Source of the DNA: an uncultured virus (IMG/VR IMGVR_UViG_641228477_000003)
Taxonomy: Duplodnaviria > Heunggongvirae > Uroviricota > Caudoviricetes
Virus record (IMG/VR): IMGVR_UViG_641228477_000003
Span: 44,978-64,977 of that record
DNA length: 20,000 nucleotides
Direction: 5' to 3' (one strand)
The stretch's first letter is position 1. Every line of letters starts with the position of its first letter. Shown one piece after another: positions 8,696 to 15,431 of the stretch. The translations under genes and the position numbers were made by a program. The notes below the pieces were generated by a model, which saw only the letters and a program-made list of their open reading frames with translations, ran no database searches and was not told the origin of the DNA.

Positions 8696-8715
8696 TACAC
8701 TTTCATAAGGGCAGG
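8696..8715 (-). promoter_or_regulatory. Phage-specific promoter-like motif, copy 2
   Basis: CCTGCCCTTATGAAAGTGTA, 20/20 identical to 19101-19120. Confidence 0.65.
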
Positions 8716-8732
8716 ACAGAATTTGAAAAGGT

Positions 8733-10493
8733 CTATAACCACAAAGGCTTGTCTCTCATTACTGCACGAGGTCGAGCGACATATTCGACGGACATTTGCA
8801 ACGCATCGACTGAATCGACGTAATCCCCGAATGGATATGCGTCCATCTGCTCTAGCAACGTCTTGTGGTGACGGTTGAATAGAAGAGTTTTGTTGACGCA
8901 ATACGGTTCGAGAGATTCGATACGCTGTTCCTTCGAAGACTTCTGTGCTTTGACGTCAATTACTTTCGTAGAATATAAGTGATGACGTGGTAGTTCTTCT
9001 TGTAGCTGACGATAGAATTCATGCTGTGCGTTGATAGTCTCAACGATTAGTAGATTCGGTCGGTAAGAAGAAACACGTTGAATAATACCTTGCATGAATT
9101 TATGTGGTGGCTCTTTGGTAGCGTATTCGTCCAGCACAAAAATACGCCCAGTTGCTTCATGGCGTCCAGTTGTAACTAACGCATTGTAGCAGGAGCGAGC
9201 GCTTTTACCCATTGCTATATCCCATGCCGAACTGATAGACATATCGGCAAGGTCATATCTCTCGCCTTCATATACGCAGTAGCGTTCGTCGGTAAGGGGG
9301 TCGTGCTGAATCGTGTAATATCCGAACTGATCGGTGAAGAAGTACTTCTCATCTTCCGAGAATGCTCGGTTTCGATACTCGGAATTGAAGGTCTTCGTTC
9401 CCATATTCGCTTTACGCTCCATTAACGCCTTATAAGTCCAGCGCCATTCCCATGCGGTTTCTACGCCGTCCATCATAGCAACTTCGTTTTTATCGTAGAA
9501 TGCTTCGTGTTCTTCACCATCTCCATGCAGATATAAATCGGTATATTCTTCCCACATTTGCGGATGATTCGGTTCACTTACAATCGCATCATAGAAACAG
9601 TGTTTGAAGTCACGGCGATTCAGAACGTGCGCCAATAGCCCAGTGGACGATACCATCGTGCCGACTAGGATTTGATTTGTGGTTTTAGAGCCGATTGGCA
9701 TTACTACGGCGTTAAACCAGTTAATTAACTTTTCACGTGCTTCTTTCGTTCCTTCGTTATTCGCTGATGATGGGTCATCGGTAATAACTGTAGTCGGACG
9801 TAATGCGCCATGACGCTTACCACGTAATTGCTTCCCTGACGATGATGCTTCGACAAGCTGGTTCTCTCTCGTAATGAAAGAACTCTCGTTATCTTTCTCA
9901 TTCGCCATTGGATTATCGTATAAGAGACATCCGAAGTCTTCTATTAACTTGCGATTATACTTTAATTGCTTATTACACCAGCTGACTAACTTCTTCGAAA
10001 GGTCGTCCGTTTCCGATATAATCAGAATGTATCTGTGCGATAATTGGCGGAATAATATGCCTTTTAGCGCATATGCATTCGAGAATATACCTGATTTCGA
10101 GTGACCACGAGGGGCTGCGATGCCTAAGTTCACGCCCTTACCTGCATCTACTTCGTCACATAATCCGAAGAATTCTTTATGTATTCCTGCCATTTCTTCA
10201 AGTGGTTGATGCTGTTCGCCGTCGTCTTGATTCTGAATGATGTTGTCTTCGTTATCAGGATTATGACCATCACTAAGATATTCCATCGTAAAGTATGCGT
10301 TATCCACTTCCGCACGATGTATGCGCTCTAAGCGAATTAATTCTTCCTTACTATTTAGTAATATTTCAATATGGTAGTCCGACGCATCACCTTGCTTATG
10401 TAGTTGCATAAGCGTGGCAAGGCGCTCTTTTACGAGCGCAATGCGTTCGGCACGTTCTTCACGATTGATAAACCGTTCGCCATTCCATGCCAT
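8733..10493 (-). CDS. terL: Terminase large subunit
   Basis: Walker A APRGHSKS, LRG.R, Walker B VITDD, VGT coupling motif, nuclease WDIAMG...DSVDA. Confidence 0.96.
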   Translation of the reverse strand: MAWNGERFINREERAERIALVKERLATLMQLHKQGDASDYHIEILLNSKEELIRLERIHRAEVDNAYFTMEYLSDGHNPDNEDNIIQNQDDGEQHQPLEEMAGIHKEFFGLCDEVDAGKGVNLGIAAPRGHSKSGIFSNAYALKGILFRQLSHRYILIISETDDLSKKLVSWCNKQLKYNRKLIEDFGCLLYDNPMANEKDNESSFITRENQLVEASSSGKQLRGKRHGALRPTTVITDDPSSANNEGTKEAREKLINWFNAVVMPIGSKTTNQILVGTMVSSTGLLAHVLNRRDFKHCFYDAIVSEPNHPQMWEEYTDLYLHGDGEEHEAFYDKNEVAMMDGVETAWEWRWTYKALMERKANMGTKTFNSEYRNRAFSEDEKYFFTDQFGYYTIQHDPLTDERYCVYEGERYDLADMSISSAWDIAMGKSARSCYNALVTTGRHEATGRIFVLDEYATKEPPHKFMQGIIQRVSSYRPNLLIVETINAQHEFYRQLQEELPRHHLYSTKVIDVKAQKSSKEQRIESLEPYCVNKTLLFNRHHKTLLEQMDAYPFGDYVDSVDALQMSVEYVARPRAVMRDKPLWL

Positions 10494-10504
10494 GCTTATT
10501 CCTC

Positions 10505-10927
10505 CTATTTCTTTAATAGTGCGTTGATTTCTGCGATTTCTTTCTCAAGATCGCTATTTGACTTCACGCCGTCAGCCGTATTGTCTTCGATGACTTTCTT
10601 ATCAGTAAGCAAGCCGTGTCTACGTAAGAACAGGTCGATACCTTTGATTGACGGTTGCGAACCGCTAATCGTACGCAGTAATTGACGATATACAAAATCA
10701 CGCTTTTCCGATAAAAACTCGTCAGCGATCATATTCTTGTAATCGATGAATGATTTGTTTTGCGTTCTCCATTTGTATAGGCACATGCGAGTGACGCCTA
10801 ATTCTTGCGCAATCTCTTCCTGTGTCTTACGTTCTCCCTCGATGTTGAGTTCGTTCTCTACCAGTAATAGAGCAGCTTCACGTTGTTTTAAGTTCAAGCG
10901 AGATTCTAATTCCTTCTTACTAGCCAT
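10505..10927 (-). CDS. terS: Terminase small subunit (phBC6A51-like helix-turn-helix protein)
   Basis: HTH KTQEEIAQELGVTRMCLYKWR; immediately upstream of terL; RBS AAAGGAG. Confidence 0.85.
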   Translation of the reverse strand: MASKKELESRLNLKQREAALLLVENELNIEGERKTQEEIAQELGVTRMCLYKWRTQNKSFIDYKNMIADEFLSEKRDFVYRQLLRTISGSQPSIKGIDLFLRRHGLLTDKKVIEDNTADGVKSNSDLEKEIAEINALLKK

Positions 10928-10960
10928 GCGTATCTCTCCTTTCGGTATAATAAAAAAGTG

Positions 10961-10989
10961 TTGCGATTCCGTACGTTCTCATTTATACT
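10961..10989 (+). promoter_or_regulatory. SigA-type promoter of the recombinase
   Basis: TTGCGA-N17-TATACT. Confidence 0.7.
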
Positions 10990-11039
10990 GAATGTAACAC
11001 AAACAGAAAAGAGATACATATGGAAGGTGGCAACACAAA

Positions 11040-11588
11040 ATGAATGAAGTTCAGCCAATTAGACTGAAGAAAGATATAAATAAAATGAAACGTGCCTTGC
11101 ACGGTCGTGATAGATTGATGTTTGTTTTGGGAATTAATTTAGGTCTTCGTATTTCCGATTTATTACAATTGAAGGTTTCTGATTTTTATGGTGAGAATAA
11201 CCGCTTCCTAAAACATGCGGTAGTTACCGAAGAGAAGACGGATAAGAATCGTAAGATGGCGATATCTGACGCAGTCAAGCGTGAAATCAAAGAAGCAGGA
11301 TTCACGCAATATAGCGAAGAATATCTATTTCCATCACGCAAAGGCGATAAGCCTATCGGACGTGTGCAAGCATACCGCATCCTAAATGCAGGGGCGGAAC
11401 GTGCAGGTATTACCGAAATCGGGACGCATACATTGCGTAAGACATTCGGATATCACGCATATAAGGCAGGTTCATCGATTCAAACGATTCAAAAACTACT
11501 GAATCATTCTAGCGAGAAGGATACGATTAAATACATCGGTATCAATCAAGATAATCTCGACGAAGTACATTTGACACTTTCGTTGTAA
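11040..11588 (+). CDS. Tyrosine recombinase, catalytic domain only (182 aa)
   Basis: Complete active site: GLRISDLL (R), EEKT (K), HTLRK (HxxR), LNH, KYIG (Y); no N-terminal arm- or core-binding domain. Confidence 0.93.
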   Translation: MNEVQPIRLKKDINKMKRALHGRDRLMFVLGINLGLRISDLLQLKVSDFYGENNRFLKHAVVTEEKTDKNRKMAISDAVKREIKEAGFTQYSEEYLFPSRKGDKPIGRVQAYRILNAGAERAGITEIGTHTLRKTFGYHAYKAGSSIQTIQKLLNHSSEKDTIKYIGINQDNLDEVHLTLSL

Positions 11589-11591
11589 TAG

Positions 11592-11626
11592 AAAAAGCGC
11601 TACCCGACGTGGGTGGCGCTCTTTTT
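11592..11626. terminator. Bidirectional intrinsic terminator after the recombinase
   Basis: AAAAA-GCGCTACCC-GACGT-GGGTGGCGC-TCTTTTT. Confidence 0.85.
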
Positions 11627-12123
11627 GCGTTTATTTCTCTTCATTCTATATACACGCCTGTATGCGATAGTTTTGTATACATTGTGTAAACTATTTAACG
11701 CAGATATAGATTCACGGCTTATCTGTCGGGGCATATACTGACCCATGAGCGGTCTACCTATCATGGCTCAACCACTCACTAACTAGAACCAAAGAATAAC
11801 TATAGCCAATATAAATATATTAGAGTCACTACGTTCCTCTAAGAAGATTTAACGCAGTAATATACATAATAAAGAGAGGGCGAGCCTTTAAAGATACGCT
11901 TAAACGTTATATAAAGACTGCGTAAGTATTTAAAAGAAGAAAGAAGAACGTTCTTAGTCGCCAATTTTATGCGCTGAATGTTTGCTGAAAAGTGCGCCAC
12001 TCATTTTAAGGCGTCTAGAAGGCGTCAGAAGACGTTTTAATCGATAGAGATATGATAGGTCTTCGAAAGGGGCTTAGTAAGCGTGATTACGCTACTTGCG
12101 TAATATAATCGGTAGATATGCGC

Positions 12124-12241
12124 TAGGATTAATTTAAGAGGGATATCGATAGGACTTCATGTGGATTTCGGTAGGCTTCGTACAAGATCGGTAGGACTGC
12201 GTAGGATTACATGTGGATTTCGTATAGGACTTCGTGTAGGA
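12124..12241. repeat. Phased short-repeat array (TAGGA/GTGGA units, about 11-bp period)
   Basis: Units start at 12150, 12161, 12172, 12192, 12202, 12213, 12225 and 12237; CATGTGGATTTCG occurs twice. Confidence 0.75.
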
Positions 12242-12278
12242 ATAACACCCTGAGTTGAAAATTGCGTGTACTTTTCGA

Positions 12279-12325
12279 GGGGGTTTGCTTCAGGGGGGTT
12301 GATGGGGTGGCTTGGGGGGTGGTGG
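12279..12325 (+). repeat. G-tract cluster (G5, G6, G4, G6)
   Basis: GGGGG-TTTGCTTCA-GGGGGG-TTGAT-GGGG-TGGCTT-GGGGGG-TGGTGG. Confidence 0.85.
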
Positions 12326-12381
12326 CATTTTGCGATTTGGGTGGACGGCTTGTTGAATATCGAATTCACTCGAATGAATAA

Positions 12382-12414
12382 CGAATGAAACAGAAGGACT
12401 TTGTGTTACTTTCG
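12382..12414. other. Candidate tyrosine-recombinase core site
   Basis: CGAATGAAACAGAA-GGACT-TTGTGTTACTTTCG (11/14 inverted match); the arm matches GAATGTAACACAA at 10990-11002. Confidence 0.55.
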
Positions 12415-13061
12415 ACAATCTCTTTTAAACGTTGATTTAACAATCTTCTTCGCACTTTCAACGAACATTCAATTCGAATAAAGTTTTATGCATTAAAAGA
12501 AACGTTGAGTTAATAACATTCTTCTTTCGCATTCGATTCGATTAAGATGAATAAGAAGTTGCATAAAGAAAGACACACGATTCTTTTAAACCCCTTGAGT
12601 TTCGAGTCGCTTCTCCACAGAAGTTCTCAGCTGATTAAATCAATCGAAGTTCTTCACGCATTCTTCTCGCACACACAACGATACTCACACTACTATTACT
12701 ATGCGTCATGCTACCGTATACCCACGTGGCTGTATCGTATATCAGTACGCCATACTACCTATATGTTAACGTGGTACAGTCTTGCGCTGGTATCTCGAAT
12801 ACATTTAGCGAAACCATTTCCGATTACATTTCCGTTGTAATCTACAGTAAACTATAACCGCTATTACTATGGCTACTATATACGTATGGTATATGCCCTA
12901 TGTTATAACAGGGCATTGCGATATGGTACTCGGCTATTGGTCATATGTACTGACGGCTTGGTATATATAGTACCGCCCTGTTATATATACAGTGTATGCG
13001 TTGGTAATATAGCGGTCATATACAGCCCTATGATCGGTAGTATATGCGCCTTGGTATTCGT

Positions 13062-13250
13062 ACATTTATGCGTACATTTATATAGTTTACATTGCGTCCT
13101 ATTAACGCTACATTTATCGACCTATTTATCGTATCATTTAGCTACATTTAACATATGTATATACTAATGCATAGCGTAATGATATATAAGAAATAGGAAG
13201 TATCTATCGTACATTTAGCGCCTATTTAACGCACATTTATCGGACATTTA
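13062..13250. repeat. Phased ACATTTA/CTATTTA repeat array
   Basis: ACATTTA at 13062, 13074, 13110, 13144, 13211, 13233 and 13244; variants at 13122, 13134 and 13222; neighbours mostly 10-12 bp apart. Confidence 0.8.
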
Positions 13251-13393
13251 ATCGCCTGTATATAGCGACATATTCGGTCTTCCTTAGACGACTAAAGGCG
13301 TATATATGTGTATAGTATAGCCGTATAATTTAAGTTATTTTTGGATAATATAGCAACATAAAGACACGCAAAAACACATCTGAAAAATAATTG

Positions 13394-13423
13394 TTGACAT
13401 GTTTTACGTATCAATGTTATACT
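13394..13423 (+). promoter_or_regulatory. Strong SigA promoter
   Basis: TTGACA-N18-TATACT with extended -10 TG and an A-rich upstream element. Confidence 0.85.
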
Positions 13424-13471
13424 AAGTATGTGCTTGAGAGAGTACAATACATCCGAAAGGAGGTATCGAAT

Positions 13472-13627
13472 ATGCAAGAAGTGTTAACATTCCTCTTCGA
13501 CAACTTACATAGTCCGATGTCATTCGTTATCATCTTCATGGTTTGCACTGAATTTGGTTTCAGCGTAAAACGTGTAAATGGTAAGATTGACTTCGAGATA
13601 ACAGTAAACTATCGATTCAGGAAGTAA
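13472..13627 (+). CDS. 51-aa hydrophobic micro-protein (candidate type I toxin)
   Basis: RBS AAAGGAGGT before ATG 13472; MQEVLTFLFDNLHSPMSFVIIFMVCTEFGF...YRFRK. Confidence 0.7.
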   Translation: MQEVLTFLFDNLHSPMSFVIIFMVCTEFGFSVKRVNGKIDFEITVNYRFRK

Positions 13628-13673
13628 ATAAGGTCATAGGGCGTGTTACAGCACGTCCTACCCTTTAACAAAT

Positions 13674-13703
13674 AGTATAACACTTCGACGCATATGAATA
13701 CAA
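13674..13703 (-). promoter_or_regulatory. Candidate antisense SigA promoter
   Basis: Minus strand TTGTAT-N18-TATACT with extended -10 TG, pointing into the 3' end of the 51-aa gene. Confidence 0.55.
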
Positions 13704-13873
13704 TTATGAGCGATAAAAATAAAGTTAGATACCTATTGATGACGGCGCTGGTGTTTTTACTGATAACGAGGATTATCGGCAATCCCATCGCAGGAGGACT
13801 CGCAGTTGTATTTGCTATAGCTGTAGCCTGTGCAGTCTTCACGGAACGAATCGGAAGAAAGCGAAGACAGTAG
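13694..13873 (+). CDS. 59-aa two-helix membrane micro-protein
   Basis: Hand-translated MNTIMSDKNKVRYLLMTALVFLLITRIIGNPIAGGLAVVFAIAVACAVFTERIGRKRRQ; no clear RBS. Confidence 0.55.
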   Translation: MNTIMSDKNKVRYLLMTALVFLLITRIIGNPIAGGLAVVFAIAVACAVFTERIGRKRRQ

Positions 13874-13899
13874 TCTCATCGTACTCTTTCGAGCATAAT

Positions 13900-13938
13900 A
13901 AAAAGCGGTACACGTTAATTCGTGTCCGCTTCTTTTTT
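13900..13938. terminator. Bidirectional terminator between convergent units
   Basis: AAAAAGCGGTACACG-TTAATT-CGTGTCCGCTTCTTTTTT. Confidence 0.85.
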
Positions 13939-14186
13939 TATTTCGGCATCTTCTTCATAATCAGGTAGTTTCGTACGATGAGTCCGTGGTCTTTATGAAT
14001 CTCCTGCAACAACGCACCAGCAGTAAATACCCTATCGTGCCAATACGAATAATAGCCGTCCGCCCTCATAAGAAATACACGACCGTTTATCGGATTCAGG
14101 CGTACGTCATACGTATGTGTAGCACGTCCGAACATCCATTGAATGGCGACTCTATCGCCTACCTCTAGTGTAATTGGTCTAGCCAT
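13938..14186 (-). CDS. Hypothetical protein, paralog family A
   Basis: 82 aa, coupled start, LEVGDRVAIQW...GRVFL. Confidence 0.8.
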   Translation of the reverse strand: MARPITLEVGDRVAIQWMFGRATHTYDVRLNPINGRVFLMRADGYYSYWHDRVFTAGALLQEIHKDHGLIVRNYLIMKKMPK

Positions 14187-14455
14187 TATATATCGCTTCC
14201 TTTCGGATAGATTACATATGATTCGACAATAGGCATGTCGCCCATCATATCGCCTTTAATCATGTCCAGCAGGTCAATCGTATTCATGAGAACAGGACGA
14301 CGATACGCATATCTATTTGTACCCTTCCTACGCAAGAATACTCGACCATCTTCGCCTTGTACTACGAAGTATGTGTGTTTCTCGAATGTATGCCATGTGA
14401 TGTCGATAGTATCATCGATGTACAGGCGCTCAATCGTTTCGCCTAGATTACCCAT
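14186..14455 (-). CDS. Hypothetical protein, paralog family A
   Basis: 89 aa, LYIDDTIDITW...GRVFL. Confidence 0.8.
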   Translation of the reverse strand: MGNLGETIERLYIDDTIDITWHTFEKHTYFVVQGEDGRVFLRRKGTNRYAYRRPVLMNTIDLLDMIKGDMMGDMPIVESYVIYPKGSDI

Positions 14456-14546
14456 GATTACGACCGCCCTTCACATATTTATAGATATCTCTCGCAACCC
14501 GACAGACGAGAACCGTAACAATAACAACGCCAATATTAACCGCCAT
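14448..14546 (-). CDS. 32-aa single-helix membrane peptide (not in ORF track)
   Basis: RBS GGAGG 9 nt upstream; MAVNIGVVIVTVLVCRVARDIYKYVKGGRNHG; fills the gap between two genes. Confidence 0.6.
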   Translation of the reverse strand: MAVNIGVVIVTVLVCRVARDIYKYVKGGRNHG

Positions 14547-14547
14547 T

Positions 14548-14739
14548 CTATTCATCCTCCCCATACAAATACTTATTCGCATTGTGGTAAGAGTCCGTAT
14601 CATAAGCGTGACAATTGTCCATCGTACTCATACAGTCCTGAAGTAAGTCCGTTAATATATCAACCTTCGCAGTCAGTTCGTTATTGTCTTCGACTAGCTT
14701 TTCGATTCGTTCTTCGTATGCATGTGTAATGCTACCCAT
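14548..14739 (-). CDS. Hypothetical short coiled-coil protein (63 aa)
   Basis: TAATG-coupled start at 14739; heptad pattern YEERIEKLVEDNNELTAKVDIL. Confidence 0.75.
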   Translation of the reverse strand: MGSITHAYEERIEKLVEDNNELTAKVDILTDLLQDCMSTMDNCHAYDTDSYHNANKYLYGEDE

Positions 14740-15047
14740 TATTTCGCCACCGCCTTTCGTCGTATCACCATTTCCCATTCGGCTTGTGCCAGTACTACGT
14801 AATGCTCTATCGTAGAGTGGTCAGCGATTGCCTTCAATAATCCGTGCAATGTTCTCCCCTTACTCTTAAAAGCGTAATTCGAACCGTTGACGCAAGCTAA
14901 GAAAACATCATCAACACGTGCGCCCATTTCAGCACTTTCCTGTACGAGATACAATTCGTAATCCTTTCGTCCAGTCCACAAGATCGCTACGAAGTCACCG
15001 ACTCTCAGGTTCGTTGGCTTCGCTAATCCTTCGACAGTTGCCATCAT
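14739..15047 (-). CDS. Hypothetical protein, paralog family A
   Basis: TAATG-coupled start at 15047; LRVGDFVAILW...DVFL. Confidence 0.8.
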   Translation of the reverse strand: MMATVEGLAKPTNLRVGDFVAILWTGRKDYELYLVQESAEMGARVDDVFLACVNGSNYAFKSKGRTLHGLLKAIADHSTIEHYVVLAQAEWEMVIRRKAVAK

Positions 15048-15346
15048 TATTGACCGCCACCCTTTCGCTCCATTTTCAGCTTCCAAAACTCTTTCGAATA
15101 CAACGTGTATGACTCTAGTAAATCAGCTTCGTGACGCAATGCGTTAATCAAATCGACAATACGAGCGTCGGATTGTTGCAAGAATGAATATCCTACGCCA
15201 TCAATACCCATTAAACATAAGCGATTACCCACTGGCGTCTTTATAATCAAGTACACTTTAGGCGTCTTTTCGCCTTTCCACTGGATTTCTACAACGTCAC
15301 CAAGACCGTATTCTCTCGTTAATTCCTTTGAAATTTCTATTTCCAT
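15047..15346 (-). CDS. Hypothetical protein, paralog family A
   Basis: 99 aa, RBS AAGGGAG, YGLGDVVEIQW...NRLCL. Confidence 0.8.
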   Translation of the reverse strand: MEIEISKELTREYGLGDVVEIQWKGEKTPKVYLIIKTPVGNRLCLMGIDGVGYSFLQQSDARIVDLINALRHEADLLESYTLYSKEFWKLKMERKGGGQ

Positions 15347-15370
15347 ATTTATCGCTCCCTTATCGCTATT

Positions 15371-15392
15371 TACACATACATAAGGACGCAGG
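15371..15392 (-). promoter_or_regulatory. Phage-specific promoter-like motif, copy 3
   Basis: CCTGCGTCCTTATGTATGTGTA after a terminator. Confidence 0.6.
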
Positions 15393-15400
15393 ACACGACG

Positions 15401-15431
15401 AAAAGAGCGAATACTAAATGTATCCGCCCTC
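15401..15431 (-). terminator. Intrinsic terminator after MTase gene
   Basis: GAGGGCGGATAC-ATTTA-GTATTCGCTCTTTT. Confidence 0.75.

Noticed and set aside
8733..10493. Intron or intein in terL
   Set aside because: Continuous ORF of normal length with no splicing motifs.
37..10991. Plus-strand ORFs over the structural genes (e.g. 37-297, 887-1156, 4860-5363, 6776-7132) and alternate-frame minus ORFs
   Set aside because: Shadows of well-supported minus-strand genes; no RBS or motifs.
11040..11588. Classical prophage integrase or truncated pseudogene
   Set aside because: It lacks the arm-binding domain and a lysogeny module, yet has an intact promoter, RBS, active site and terminator.
10990..12414. 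FimB/FimE-style invertible segment between the two recombinase-like sites
   Set aside because: Central spacers differ in sequence and length (ACAGAA versus GGACT), so strand exchange between them is unlikely.
11627..13393. CRISPR mini-array or tRNA genes in the non-coding island
   Set aside because: Repeats are 5-13 nt at about 11-nt period with no repeat-spacer structure; no cloverleaf or T-loop seen.
12157..13477. ORFs 12157-12369, 12547-12840, 12886-13167 and 13292-13477
   Set aside because: Low-complexity translations of repeats and G-tracts, no RBS.
13609..13842. 77-aa minus-strand hydrophobic ORF
   Set aside because: No ATG or RBS; antisense to the better supported plus-strand ORFs.
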